NCBI GenBank assembly: GCA_040754955.1
Contig: JBFMCA010000007.1
Span: 6,123-70,122 of the forward strand
Direction: 5' to 3'
Source: Acidobacteriota bacterium
Lineage (GTDB): Bacteria > Acidobacteriota > Vicinamibacteria > Vicinamibacterales > UBA2999
DNA: 64,000 bases
In this document: positions 37,962 to 49,447 of the stretch, one piece after another
Numbering within the stretch: the first letter of the stretch is position 1
Layout: every line of letters begins with the position of its first letter
Position numbers and translations under genes: made by a program
The notes under the pieces: model-generated
Told to the model about the DNA's origin: nothing
Database searches by the model: none
What the model saw: only the letters and a program-made list of their open reading frames with translations

Positions 37962-39674
37962 TCAGTCGTCGGCGGTCTCGGCGATCGGCGACCGGAGCGG
38001 CCGCCGAATCATCGCATCGAGATCGGCGCCCGCGGGCACCATCGGGTACACGCTGTCCTCCTGCTCGACGCGGAAGTCGAGGACCACGGTGCCGTCCGCC
38101 TCCTGTGCGCGCCTGATCGCCGGCACGACGTCGGCCCGGGTCTGCACCCGGATGCCCGTCAGCCCGTGCGCGTCGGCGATCTTCACGAAGTCGGGGCTTC
38201 GCATCGGCGTGGCGGCGTAGCGGCGCTCGTAGAAGAACTCCTGCCACTGGCGCACCATGCCGAGGTAGCCGTTGTTGATGATGGCGACGTTGACCTTCAC
38301 GCCTTCCTGCGCCGCCGTCGACAGCTCCGCCTGCGTCATCTGGAAGCCGCCGTCGCCGACCACCGCCCAGACCTCCGCCTCCGGGCGCGCGATCTTGGCG
38401 CCGATGGCCGCCGGCAGGCCGAAGCCCATGGTGCCCAGCCCGCCGGAGGTGATGAGCGAGTGCGGCGCGTCGTGGTGGTAGTACTGCGCCTCCCACATCT
38501 GGTGCTGGCCCACGTCGGTGACGACCAGCGCGCTGCCGCCGGTGGCGCGCCACAGATCGTGGATGACGTGCGCCGCGTACAGGTGGCCCGTGTCGGGCAG
38601 GTTCCTGATGTCGCGCACGGCCGAGTCGCCCTTGAGCGTCTCGATGTGCGTGAGCCAGTCGCCGTGCGCCCGCTCGTCGAGAGACTCCAGCAGCGTGCGC
38701 AGCGTGTCCCGGAGATCGCCGACGAGCGACACGTCCACGCGGACGTTCTTGTTGATCTCCGACGGATCGATGTCCACGTGGATCTTCCGCGCGTGCGGCG
38801 CGTAGGTGCGCACGTTGCCGGTGACCCGATCGTCGAAGCGCATGCCGAAGGCGAGCAGCAGGTCGGCCTGCTGGATGGCATGGTTGACCCACGCCTCGCC
38901 GTGCATGCCCATCATGCCGAGGTTCAGGGGGTGGCTGGCCGGGAACGCGCCGAGGCCGAGCAGCGTGAGCGCCACCGGCGCGTCGATGCGCTCGGCGAAG
39001 TCGCGCAGCTCGTCCACCGCCCCGCTCAGCAGCACGCCGCGGCCGGCGAGGATGATGGGCCGCCGCGCCTGGCGGATGAGATCCCGGGCCCGCTCCAGCT
39101 CCGCGCTGACCGGCGCATACGACGGCCGGTACCCCCGCAGCCGCACGGGCGCGTCGTCCCACGTCCAGTCGACCCGCGCCTGCTGCGCGTCCTTGGTGAT
39201 GTCCACGAGCACCGGCCCGGGCCGGCCGGAGCGCGCGAGGTAGAACGCCTCGCGCATCGACGGCACGATCTCGCGCACGTCGCTGACCAGGTAGTTGTGC
39301 TTCGTGATGGGCAGCGTGATGCCCGTGACGTCGGTTTCCTGGAACGCGTCGTAGCCGATGAGCGGGGACGGCACCTGGCCCGTGATGCACACCATCGGCA
39401 CCGAGTCCATCATCGCGGTGGCAATGCCCGTGACGAGGTTGGTGGCCCCGGGGCCCGACGTCGCCATCGCCACGCCCACGCCGCCGCCGGCCCGCGCGTA
39501 GCCGTCGGCCATGTGCGTGGCGCCCTGCTCGTGCCGGGTCAGGACGTGATGCACCGGGTAGTCGAGCATCGCGTCGTACGCGGGCAGGATGGCGCCGCCG
39601 GGGTAGCCAAAGACGTGGCGAACCCCCTCGCGGACCAGACACTCCCAGATCAGCTGCGCGCCGGTGAGCTCCAT
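37962..39674 (-). CDS. ilvB: Acetolactate synthase large subunit
   Basis: FGYPGG, RHEQGA, DVGQHQMW, GDGGFQM...NN TPP motif. Confidence 0.97.
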   Translation of the reverse strand: MELTGAQLIWECLVREGVRHVFGYPGGAILPAYDAMLDYPVHHVLTRHEQGATHMADGYARAGGGVGVAMATSGPGATNLVTGIATAMMDSVPMVCITGQVPSPLIGYDAFQETDVTGITLPITKHNYLVSDVREIVPSMREAFYLARSGRPGPVLVDITKDAQQARVDWTWDDAPVRLRGYRPSYAPVSAELERARDLIRQARRPIILAGRGVLLSGAVDELRDFAERIDAPVALTLLGLGAFPASHPLNLGMMGMHGEAWVNHAIQQADLLLAFGMRFDDRVTGNVRTYAPHARKIHVDIDPSEINKNVRVDVSLVGDLRDTLRTLLESLDERAHGDWLTHIETLKGDSAVRDIRNLPDTGHLYAAHVIHDLWRATGGSALVVTDVGQHQMWEAQYYHHDAPHSLITSGGLGTMGFGLPAAIGAKIARPEAEVWAVVGDGGFQMTQAELSTAAQEGVKVNVAIINNGYLGMVRQWQEFFYERRYAATPMRSPDFVKIADAHGLTGIRVQTRADVVPAIRRAQEADGTVVLDFRVEQEDSVYPMVPAGADLDAMIRRPLRSPIAETADD

Positions 39675-39760
39675 ATGTGTGGTCGAGCTTCACGGTGTCC
39701 CGGCGGAAGGCTAGAAGTCAAAATTATAGTATTTATGGAGAGTAGTTGTGGTTTTTATAA

Positions 39761-39882
39761 TGGCTTGGAGGCTTGGAGGCTTGGAGGGGTGGAGGCTTGG
39801 AGGGATGGAGGCTTGGGCTGTGTGTGGAGGGCCTGCGGCTCCCGCCCCTCCATCCCTCCACCCCTCCGTCCCTCCTACCTCT
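39761..39882. repeat. 8-bp-period tandem repeat with inverted arm (6x TGGAGG ... 4x CCTCC)
   Basis: TGGAGG at 39766/74/82/90/98/39806; CCTCC at 39847/55/63/71. Confidence 0.8.
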
Positions 39883-39885
39883 CGA

Positions 39886-40656
39886 CTACTTCGGCGCCAT
39901 CCGCAGCGCGCCGTCGAGCCGGATGACCTCGCCGTTGAGCATCTCGTTCTCGACGATATGGCGGACCAGGGCGGCGTACTCGTCGGGGCGGCCGAGCCGC
40001 GAGGGAAACGGCACCTGCTGGCCGAGCGAGGCGCGCGCGGCCTCGGGCAGCGCGGCCAGGAGCGGGGTGTCGAAGATGCCCGGCGCGATGGTGACGCAGC
40101 GGATGCCCGACGCGGCCAGCTCGCGCGCCACGGGCAGCGTCAGCCCGACGATGCCGCCCTTGGAGGCTGCGTAGGCCGGCTGGCCGATCTGCCCGTCGTA
40201 GGCCGCAATCGACGCGGTGTTGACGATCACGCCGCGCTCGCCGCTCGGTTCCGGCGTGTTCTGCACCATGCGCGCGGCCGCCAGGCGCAGCACGTTGAAG
40301 GTGCCCACCAGGTTGATGCGGACGGTCTTCTCGAACAGGTCCAGCGGGTGCGGGCCGTTTCTGCCGAGCACCTTGGCCGCGGGCCCGATGCCGGCGGCGT
40401 TGACGACGCCGTGCAGCCCGCCGAAGGCCGACACGGCCAGCTCGACCGCCGCCTGCACGTCGCGCTCGCTCGTCACGTCGGCCTGCGCGAAGCGCGCCTG
40501 CGCCTGGCCGATGGCCTGCTCGGTCGCGCGTCCCGTCTCGGCGTTGACGTCGAGCAGCACGACGCGTCCGCCGGCGCCGACGAGCGCCTCGGCCGCGGCG
40601 CGTCCCAGTCCCGAGGCGCCGCCGGTCACGATGAAGGTCTTGCCTGCGATATGCAT
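39886..40656 (-). CDS. SDR family 3-hydroxyacyl-CoA dehydrogenase (HSD10-like)
   Basis: [40 protein letters not shown]. Confidence 0.9.
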   Translation of the reverse strand: MHIAGKTFIVTGGASGLGRAAAEALVGAGGRVVLLDVNAETGRATEQAIGQAQARFAQADVTSERDVQAAVELAVSAFGGLHGVVNAAGIGPAAKVLGRNGPHPLDLFEKTVRINLVGTFNVLRLAAARMVQNTPEPSGERGVIVNTASIAAYDGQIGQPAYAASKGGIVGLTLPVARELAASGIRCVTIAPGIFDTPLLAALPEAARASLGQQVPFPSRLGRPDEYAALVRHIVENEMLNGEVIRLDGALRMAPK

Positions 40657-40704
40657 GACGCCACTCCTCCCGGTGAACATCACAGCATAACGTAGAATTG
40701 AAGG

Positions 40705-42123
<1,419 letters not shown>

Positions 42124-42154
42124 CGCGGGCACGGAAGGTGCATAGGGGGTCCTG

Positions 42155-42841
42155 ATGTTCGCCGGAATTGCCGGACTGGCGGCGGGACTCGTGCACGTGC
42201 TGGCGGGACCCGACCATCTGGCGGCCGTGGCGCCGCTCGCGGCCGGCGGCGACCGCACGCAGTGGAAGGCCGGCTTCCAGTGGGGCGTGGGGCACACGGC
42301 GGGCGTCCTGGCCATCGGCGCCCTGCTCGTCACCTTTCGCGATCTGCTGCCCATTGAGGCCATCTCCGGCGTGAGCGAGCGCCTGGTCGGCATCGCCCTC
42401 GTCGGCGTGGGGGTGTGGGGCCTCGGCCGGGCCCGGCGGCTCGAAGTGCACCGCCATGCCGACGGTCACGCGCACGCTCACGTCAAGCCCGCGCCCGGCG
42501 CGGCGATCGACCGGCGCGAGCACGACGCCCAGCACCGCCAGAGGTCGCTGCACGGCCACGTTCGCACGCGCGCCTCGCTGCTCATGGGTCTGCTCCACGG
42601 CGTGGCCGGCAGCTCGCACCTCTTCGGCGTCCTCCCCGCGCTGGCCTTGCCTACCGAGGCCGCCGCAGTGGCCTACCTCGCCGGCTTCGGCGTCGGCGCG
42701 GTCGTGGCCATGACCACCTTCGCGGCGCTCGTCGGCCTGGTCTCGGCGCGCGCGAACCGCCGTGGTGCGCCCACCCACAGCCGCGTCCTCTATGCCTGCT
42801 CCGGCGCCGCCTGCTTCGTGGGGGCGGTCTGGATGTTCTAG
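42155..42841 (+). CDS. High-affinity nickel/cobalt transporter-like membrane protein (NicO/UreH type)
   Basis: [17 protein letters not shown], His-rich loop, GLLHGVAG. Confidence 0.8.
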   Translation: MFAGIAGLAAGLVHVLAGPDHLAAVAPLAAGGDRTQWKAGFQWGVGHTAGVLAIGALLVTFRDLLPIEAISGVSERLVGIALVGVGVWGLGRARRLEVHRHADGHAHAHVKPAPGAAIDRREHDAQHRQRSLHGHVRTRASLLMGLLHGVAGSSHLFGVLPALALPTEAAAVAYLAGFGVGAVVAMTTFAALVGLVSARANRRGAPTHSRVLYACSGAACFVGAVWMF

Positions 42842-42901
42842 ACGGGGTGCCAGACGGGTTCCGAAGGGCCCCGAAGGGTTCCGAAAGGTAAGATCGGGTT
42901 C

Positions 42902-44014
42902 GTGTCAGCGCGTCTCGTCGTCGTACCGGGTGTGGCTGCGGCCGTGGCGGTCATGCTCGTCGGGTTCTGGATCGCCGATGTAGCCGGGCAGTGGGTGCTC
43001 GCGGCGCGGGGGCTGGGGGGCGGGAGTCCCATCTCCGGGGTGCCGGTGGCCATCATCCTGGGCCTGCTCGTTCGCAACCTCGCGGGCCTGCCCGCCTGGC
43101 TCGCACCGGGGTTGAAGTTCTCGGTGAGCACGGTGCTCCGCGCGGGCATCGTGCTCGTCGGCATCAAGCTGAGCGCGCTCGAGATGCTCCGGCTCGGGCT
43201 GGCGGGCGTCCCCGTGGTGCTGGCGGCCATTGCCACCGGTCTGCTCTTCGTCACCTGGTTCAACCGGAGGCTGGGGTTGCCGCCGCGCCTGGGCACCCTG
43301 GTCGCGGCGGGCACGAGCATCTGCGGCGTCACGGCCATCGTGTCGACGGCGCCGGCCATCGAGGCCGACGAGCGCGAGGTCGCGTACGCCGTCGCCAACG
43401 TCGTGGCCTTCGGCCTCTTCGGGATGCTGACGTATCCCTACCTGGCGCACGCGCTCCTCGGGCATTCCGAGACCATCGGCCTCTTCCTGGGCACGGCGGT
43501 TCACGACACGTCGCAGGTCGTGGGCGCCGCGCTCACCTACCAGCAGCTGTACGCCGACGACGTCGTCCTGCGCGTGGCGACGGTGACCAAGCTGACGCGC
43601 AACCTGTTTCTCGCGGCGGTCATCCCGCTGCTGACGTGGATGCACGTGCGCGCCACGCGCACCGGCTCGAGCGCGGTTCGCGCGGCCTCGTGGACGAGCT
43701 ACGTTCCCGCCTTCGTCCTCGGGTTCGTCGCCATGGCGCTGGCGCGATCCATCGGCGACGCGATGCTTGCCGGCGGCGGCGCGGCCTACGGGGTGTGGGA
43801 CGACTCCGGCTGGAAGGCCGTGACCGCGCTGCTCGGCGACGCGATGGGTTCCAGATGGCTGCTCGGCACGGCGATGGCGGCCGTGGGCCTCAACACCAGC
43901 GTAGCCGTGTTCCGCGGCGTCGGCCTGCGGCCGTTTGCCGTGGGCTTCGCCGGCGCGCTCACCGTGGGTGCCGTGGGGATGGCGATGGCCATCCTGCTGG
44001 GACGTTTCATCTAG
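42902..44014 (+). CDS. YeiH family putative sulfate exporter
   Basis: GTSICGVTAI, GTAVHDTSQV, VTKLTRN, AMAAVGL. Confidence 0.88.
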   Translation: MSARLVVVPGVAAAVAVMLVGFWIADVAGQWVLAARGLGGGSPISGVPVAIILGLLVRNLAGLPAWLAPGLKFSVSTVLRAGIVLVGIKLSALEMLRLGLAGVPVVLAAIATGLLFVTWFNRRLGLPPRLGTLVAAGTSICGVTAIVSTAPAIEADEREVAYAVANVVAFGLFGMLTYPYLAHALLGHSETIGLFLGTAVHDTSQVVGAALTYQQLYADDVVLRVATVTKLTRNLFLAAVIPLLTWMHVRATRTGSSAVRAASWTSYVPAFVLGFVAMALARSIGDAMLAGGGAAYGVWDDSGWKAVTALLGDAMGSRWLLGTAMAAVGLNTSVAVFRGVGLRPFAVGFAGALTVGAVGMAMAILLGRFI

Positions 44015-44183
44015 AGGCGCCGCACGGCGTTTCCAACGAAAGCTCCTGCCTCCTACGGAAGGGCCGTCACGGAAATGCGGAGGCCCGGAGCCGGTTGGGG
44101 CGGAGTGTTCCGACAACCGCGATCCGTGGTTCCGGATCTGCGTGACCGTGTCCGTGTCTCCGTGACCTCGTCCGGAGGTCCCG

Positions 44184-45707
44184 TCACGGGGTTCGGCGGT
44201 AGCGCACCAGCACGTCGAGCGCCTTGTCCATGACGGCCTCGATCTCGCTGGCGGGCACGCGGTAGCCGTTCACCAGGAACGAGAAGACGACCGGCTCGCC
44301 GTCGAGCGTGGTGAGGTAGCCGGACAGGCTCCGGACGCTCGTCATCGATCCTGTCTTGGCGACGACGCGGCCCTCGGCGGCCGCCCCCTTCATCCGGCGC
44401 TCGAGCGAGCCGCTGACGCCCGCCACGGGCAGCGCGGCCCGAAACCGCTCGGCGTGCGTCGGGTCCGAGTACAGGTACATCAGCAGCCAGGAGAAGGCGT
44501 TCGCGCTCGCGTAGTCGTAGCGCGAGAGGCCCGACCCGTCTCGGGCGATGTACGACTCGGGCGTGACGCCCCAGCTGCGCAGGGTCTCGCGCATCACGTC
44601 GAGCCCCGCCTCGGCCGACGCCGGGCGGCCCTCCGGCGACAGCGCGTAGAGCAGCGTCTCGGCGTAGATGTTTCGGCTGTGCCTGAGCGCAACGTCGATG
44701 ATCTCGGCGAGGGGCGGCGACTCGTCGCGGACCAGGGTGATGCCCCGGCCGGTGTCCGGCGCCACCTTCAGCTCGTCGATGTCGAGGGCGCTCCCCGCGA
44801 CGAAGATGCCGTGCCGCGCCAGCGCCTCGCGCAGCGCGTTGACGTACATCCGCGTCGGGTTGTCAACCGCCGCGTACTCGGTGCGCGGCCGGGCGTCGGC
44901 GGCGATGACGCCCCGCACGGTCAGGAACATCGTCCCCGGCACGCGGCTGATCTCGAGGCGGGTCTCCCCGCCGCCGGGGCCCGTGACGACGTCGTGGTCG
45001 ATGATGAGGCCGCTGCCGAGCGGCGACGTGCTGATGACGGCGCGCGCGCCGGGCTCCATGCCGGGCCCGATGAGCAGCTCGACCTGGTTCTCGTGGTACT
45101 GCAGCGCGGAGGCCTGGGCGCCGTAGCCGTACTGCAGGTCGTCCCACGCCCAGCCGGCGCCCCAGCCCGGCTCCTCGAACGCGTTGTCGTCGCCGACGAG
45201 TTGGCCGCTGACGATGCGGATGCCGCGGGCGGCGAGCTGGGCTGCCCAGTCGTCAAAGGCCCGCCACCGCTCCGGATGGCGCGGGTTGATGGTCGGGTCG
45301 CCGTTGCCGATGACAACGAGGTCGCCGTCGAGCGTGCCGTCCGGTCCGATCGGGCCCGTGGCGACGATGCGGGTGCGGAAGCGGTGCTGCCAGCCGAGCC
45401 GCTCGGCGGCGACGGCCGCCGAGAAGAGCTTCTGGCTCGAGGCGGGTACGAGCAGCTTGAAGGCGTTGAAGCTGTAGAGCAGCTCGCCGCGCGACAGCGA
45501 GAAGGCGACGACGCCCCAGTTGGCGTGATCGACGTTCGCATCCTGGAAGAGCTGCCGGAGGTCCCGCCGGAGCTTCTCGGCGGGCGTCGGCTTCTCGAGG
45601 GCCTCGCGCAGGGTCGGCCGCTCGACGCGGGCCGCGCAGCCGTGTCCCGCCAGGGCGATTGCCAGGCACGCGGCCGCGCCGAGACCCAGCCGCCCTGGCC
45701 GCGTCAT
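44184..45707 (-). CDS. dacB: D-alanyl-D-alanine carboxypeptidase/endopeptidase (PBP4, peptidase S13)
   Basis: PASSQK (SxxK), HSRN (SxN), DGSGLS, AKTGS; N-terminal signal with a possible lipobox Cys. Confidence 0.9.
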   Translation of the reverse strand: MTRPGRLGLGAAACLAIALAGHGCAARVERPTLREALEKPTPAEKLRRDLRQLFQDANVDHANWGVVAFSLSRGELLYSFNAFKLLVPASSQKLFSAAVAAERLGWQHRFRTRIVATGPIGPDGTLDGDLVVIGNGDPTINPRHPERWRAFDDWAAQLAARGIRIVSGQLVGDDNAFEEPGWGAGWAWDDLQYGYGAQASALQYHENQVELLIGPGMEPGARAVISTSPLGSGLIIDHDVVTGPGGGETRLEISRVPGTMFLTVRGVIAADARPRTEYAAVDNPTRMYVNALREALARHGIFVAGSALDIDELKVAPDTGRGITLVRDESPPLAEIIDVALRHSRNIYAETLLYALSPEGRPASAEAGLDVMRETLRSWGVTPESYIARDGSGLSRYDYASANAFSWLLMYLYSDPTHAERFRAALPVAGVSGSLERRMKGAAAEGRVVAKTGSMTSVRSLSGYLTTLDGEPVVFSFLVNGYRVPASEIEAVMDKALDVLVRYRRTP

Positions 45708-47086
45708 GGCGTGGGCGGCGTGGCGTTGCCCGGCGTGGCGTTGCCGGCCGGCTCGGCGGCCACCTGCGACGCGTTGACGCGGTCGATCGCCTTGAGCGCC
45801 TCGCCGAGGGCCGTGGCATCGAGGCGCGCGGCGCCGGGTTCGCCGTCGCGCGCGGCGAACGCATCGTCGTTGCCCTGCAGCAGGCGGACGCGTTCGAACT
45901 TCCCGCCGTCGTAGCTGGCCTCGATCCGCACGGTCGAGGCGTCCGGCCGCGGCGCGGTCGCGGCGAACGACTGCGCGCGCAGGCCGCTCAGCTTCGAGAG
46001 CAGGTCGTCGACCGCGGCGAGCTCCACCGCAGCCGTGACGCCGCCGCGGGTGCGCTGCCAGGTCTCGCCCGCCCCGGCGGCGCCTCGGCTCTTGACGAGC
46101 TCGACGAGATCGCCGCCCTGCGCGATGTGCAGGCGGTCGATGTTGTAGGTTCGGAACTCGAAGATGTCCTTGTCGCGCAGGTCGTCGACCGTCTTGTCGA
46201 GGTCCTTGGCGAGCGTCGGATCGACGGCGAACACCAGGGGGCGCGATTCGTCGCGCGCGTAGCGCCGGCCGTCGATGTCGCGCGACACCGCCAGCGTGGC
46301 GCGGGTGCTGCCGGCGGCGAGCGTCAGCGTGAAGGCCGGGCGATCCAGGCCGTAGGTCTTCAGGTCGGCGTCGGCGCCGCCCACGATCTCGGTCATCGCC
46401 GCCGAGCTCGCGCGCGTGATGACGGCCTCGACGGCGGAGTAATCGGCGCGGGCGGCCACGGGCGAGGTGAGCGCCCATTCGCTGCCGTCGCGGCGGACGG
46501 TGACCTTCGCCGTGCCCGCGGCGATTTCGAGGCCGTCGATCTGGTCGCGCTCGAAGCGGAGCGCCCGCTTGTCGCGGAGGTCGAAGGTGCGGCGGGCAAA
46601 CGTGGTCTCGAGGTAGGCCGGCACCAGGAACACGCGCTTCTCGCCCGGCTTCACGGCGTAGAGGTCGCCGCCGGTGGGCGTGGTGTCGCCGAAGGCGATG
46701 GCGCCGCTCACGCCGCCCTCGGCGGTGAACGACACCTGCACGTCGGGCGTGGCCAGGCCGAAGAGCCCGAGGTCCGCCGCCTGCTCGTCGACGACGCGGT
46801 TCTCCTCGAGCGACGCGAGGTTCGACGTCAGGCTCGACATCTCCGTCTGGTCGGCGTCCGCCTCGATCGGCTCGGTGATGCGCCACGTGCCGTCCACCTT
46901 GCGCACGACCGTGGTCTCGCCGGACGAGGTGATCCGCATCTCCTGGATCTTGTCCGCTTCGAGGGCGAACACCTTGGTCCGCGGCTCGACGCCGGAGTCC
47001 GGACGCTCCGACTCGACGAAGTAGACGTAGCCGCCGAGCGCCGCGGCCACGACGACGAGCGCGAGGGTGGATTTCAGACCCCGCAT
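45704..47086 (-). CDS. DUF4340-like exported protein
   Basis: N-terminal anchor; repeated W...P...AD...L...(F/Y)GL..P units; follows Gld-like ABC genes. Confidence 0.75.
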   Translation of the reverse strand: MRGLKSTLALVVVAAALGGYVYFVESERPDSGVEPRTKVFALEADKIQEMRITSSGETTVVRKVDGTWRITEPIEADADQTEMSSLTSNLASLEENRVVDEQAADLGLFGLATPDVQVSFTAEGGVSGAIAFGDTTPTGGDLYAVKPGEKRVFLVPAYLETTFARRTFDLRDKRALRFERDQIDGLEIAAGTAKVTVRRDGSEWALTSPVAARADYSAVEAVITRASSAAMTEIVGGADADLKTYGLDRPAFTLTLAAGSTRATLAVSRDIDGRRYARDESRPLVFAVDPTLAKDLDKTVDDLRDKDIFEFRTYNIDRLHIAQGGDLVELVKSRGAAGAGETWQRTRGGVTAAVELAAVDDLLSKLSGLRAQSFAATAPRPDASTVRIEASYDGGKFERVRLLQGNDDAFAARDGEPGAARLDATALGEALKAIDRVNASQVAAEPAGNATPGNATPPTP

Positions 47087-47087
47087 G

Positions 47088-48680
47088 TCACCGCCTCCGC
47101 CACCACGTGTACGCCCCGGCCGCGAAGACCAGGCCGGGGATGACGAGCAGCGACAGCAGCATGATGCGCTGCGACTGATCGGCCGTCAGCGTGATGCGCC
47201 GGTCCTGCGGCTCGCGCGGGCGGATGGCGATGAGGTTCTCCTGCTGCGCGAGCCAGTTGACGGCGTTCATGAAGAAGTCGCGGTTGCCCTGGATGCCGAT
47301 GCCGTAGTTGGCGGCGAAGTCGGAATCGCCGATGGCGACGACCCGGGACTCGGGCTTGGGCGCGTCGGCGGGCGCTTCGGGCGTCTGGTTGCCGGCGGGC
47401 GCCGGGGGGTTGGCCGCGGACGCCGACACCGCGACGCCGAGTGTGATCGGGCCCTGGCGGTCTGCGCCCTCGTCGTAGCGAATCTCGCCTTTTCCGGCAA
47501 GGCTCGCCAGGTCCGTCTCCGCCCAGCTCTTGGGGCTCGTCTCGACGAGCGGCTGCGCGAAGCGGCCGCTGACGCCGCCCTCGACGGGCCGCACCGAGCG
47601 GGCCAGCGGGAAGGCGGTCATCAGGTTGAAGCCCTCGGAGATGGGGTGGCTCGGGTAGTTGGCCGCCACCGGCACGGACGCGTCGGTGCCCAGGAGCTGG
47701 CCGATGCCGCTTGCGTCGAGCACGACGTCGCCGCCCACGTCGATGGCCCAGGTCCGCAGGAAGCCCTCCAGGTTGGGCAGGGGCCGCGCGCCGGAGGGCT
47801 CGGGGGGATCGAGCAGCACGAGCACCTTGCCGCCCCGGTCGACGTAGCGCGAGAGCGCGTCGATTTCGGGCTGCAGGAAGTCGGTGCGCGGGCCGGCGAC
47901 GACCACCACGGTGGCGTTCTCCGGCACCTCGCCGACCTGCGCCAGCACGAGCTTCTCGACCTTGTAGTTGTCGCGACCGAGGGCCTGGGCGACGGTCGAG
48001 TACCCGTCGCGGTCCGAGGCGGCGGTGTCCTTCTCGCCGTGGCCCTGGGTGAAGTACACGGCGCGCTCGGCGCCGGTGACCGCCTTGATGAGCGCGTTGG
48101 TGATCTCCTGCTCGCCGAGCGTCGTGACGCGCTCGACGCGGTCCTTGTATTCGACCACGATGGTGCCGTAGCTCTGGACCTGGGCCTGACGGGCCCGCGT
48201 CGGCTGGCGATCGATGTCCACGTACTCGGCGGTCACGTTCGGCGAGTGGTAGACGTACTCGTCGAGCCGGTCGCGAAAGCGATCGAACTCCGCCTCCCGG
48301 TCGTACACGGTGAACTTCACGGGGGCGTCGAGGCTCTGGAGCACCTTGACGGTCTGCTCCGAGAGGCTGAACACCTGGTTGGCCGTGAGGTCCCACCGCT
48401 TGTTGTGCCGCGTCGCGAGGTAGTTCACCGCCACGAGGATGCCCAGGACGGTGAGGATGCCCACGATGGACAGCGTGCCGTAGCGCGCGCCGCGGCCCTG
48501 GTAGAACGCCGCGATGTCGCGCCACTGGCCGGCGATGTACACCAGCACGCAGGCCAGTCCGGCCCAGGCCGCCCACTGCGCGTACTGCAGCCACTCGGGC
48601 CGGAGGAAGCGCACGGCCACGGCCGCGAAGACCAGCCCCGTGCCGACCCATCCGATTGCGCCGAAGATTCTGTTCGCCAT
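47088..48680 (-). CDS. GldG-like ABC transporter auxiliary component
   Basis: RWDLTANQVFSLS, YFTQGHGEK, GDSDF..N, NAVNWL, C-terminal TM helix. Confidence 0.85.
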   Translation of the reverse strand: MANRIFGAIGWVGTGLVFAAVAVRFLRPEWLQYAQWAAWAGLACVLVYIAGQWRDIAAFYQGRGARYGTLSIVGILTVLGILVAVNYLATRHNKRWDLTANQVFSLSEQTVKVLQSLDAPVKFTVYDREAEFDRFRDRLDEYVYHSPNVTAEYVDIDRQPTRARQAQVQSYGTIVVEYKDRVERVTTLGEQEITNALIKAVTGAERAVYFTQGHGEKDTAASDRDGYSTVAQALGRDNYKVEKLVLAQVGEVPENATVVVVAGPRTDFLQPEIDALSRYVDRGGKVLVLLDPPEPSGARPLPNLEGFLRTWAIDVGGDVVLDASGIGQLLGTDASVPVAANYPSHPISEGFNLMTAFPLARSVRPVEGGVSGRFAQPLVETSPKSWAETDLASLAGKGEIRYDEGADRQGPITLGVAVSASAANPPAPAGNQTPEAPADAPKPESRVVAIGDSDFAANYGIGIQGNRDFFMNAVNWLAQQENLIAIRPREPQDRRITLTADQSQRIMLLSLLVIPGLVFAAGAYTWWRRR

Positions 48681-49447
48681 CAGCCCCGCCACCGTTCGCT
48701 GTCGACCGACTTCGCCGTCAGGTAGAGCCCGAAGGCGATGAAGCTCCCGTAGTACACGAGGTGCTTCGTGTCGAGCACCCCCTTGGCGAAGTCGTCGAGA
48801 TGATCCGTGATCGAGAGGTGATTGAGCACCGCCTGCGCCGTCGGACCCACGAAGCCGCCGATCCAGTTGATCACCCACAGCAGGAGGAAGACGGCGAAGG
48901 TCACCATGCCCGCCACGATCTGGTTCTTGGTGAGGCTCGAGATGAGGAGCCCCACCGAGATGAAGCAGCCGCCCATGAGGAGCAGGCCCAGGTAGCCCGT
49001 CGCCACCGGCTTCCACTCGGGGTTGCCGTAGAGGAACAGCAGGCTCATGTGGACGAGCGTCACCGCCAGCATGGCCGCGTAGAGCAGCATGGCCCCGGCG
49101 AACTTGCCGAGGATGATCTGCCAGTCGGTGATGGGCGAGGTGAGGAGCAGCTCGATGGTCCCGGAGCGCTTCTCCTCGGCGTAGGTCCGCATCGTGATCA
49201 TCGGGAGGACGAACAGCGTGATCACGCTCGCGTTCATGAAGAGCGGGCCGATGAGCATCTGGTTGACGTTCATCGTCATCGGACCCATGCCCATGCTCAT
49301 CTGCATGCTCTGCCGCTCGAAGAAGGCGAGCAGCGCGTAGAAGAAGTACCCGAAGAGCAGCGCGAAGAAGCCGATGACGATGTACGCGATGGGCGAGGCG
49401 AAGTACGCCTTCACCTCGCGCTCGGCAAGGGCGAGGATGTTACGCAT
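48680..49447 (-). CDS. ABC-2/GldF-like permease
   Basis: YFASPIAY, EEKRSGTIELLLTSP, multiple TM helices. Confidence 0.88.
   Translation of the reverse strand: MRNILALAEREVKAYFASPIAYIVIGFFALLFGYFFYALLAFFERQSMQMSMGMGPMTMNVNQMLIGPLFMNASVITLFVLPMITMRTYAEEKRSGTIELLLTSPITDWQIILGKFAGAMLLYAAMLAVTLVHMSLLFLYGNPEWKPVATGYLGLLLMGGCFISVGLLISSLTKNQIVAGMVTFAVFLLLWVINWIGGFVGPTAQAVLNHLSITDHLDDFAKGVLDTKHLVYYGSFIAFGLYLTAKSVDSERWRG

Noticed and set aside
39675..39760. ilvB leader-peptide attenuator
   Set aside because: No short Ile/Leu/Val-rich ORF or terminator hairpin between the AT-rich promoter and the ilvB start.
42155..42841. Functional link between the Ni transporter-like gene and larE (nickel-pincer cofactor pathway)
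   Set aside because: They are 14 kb apart with no larA/larB/larC in the window, so the link cannot be supported from this sequence.
44015..44183. Possible ncRNA or small ORF between convergent yeiH-like and dacB genes
   Set aside because: Only weak CCGTG-type low-complexity repeats; no recognisable RNA family or credible ORF.
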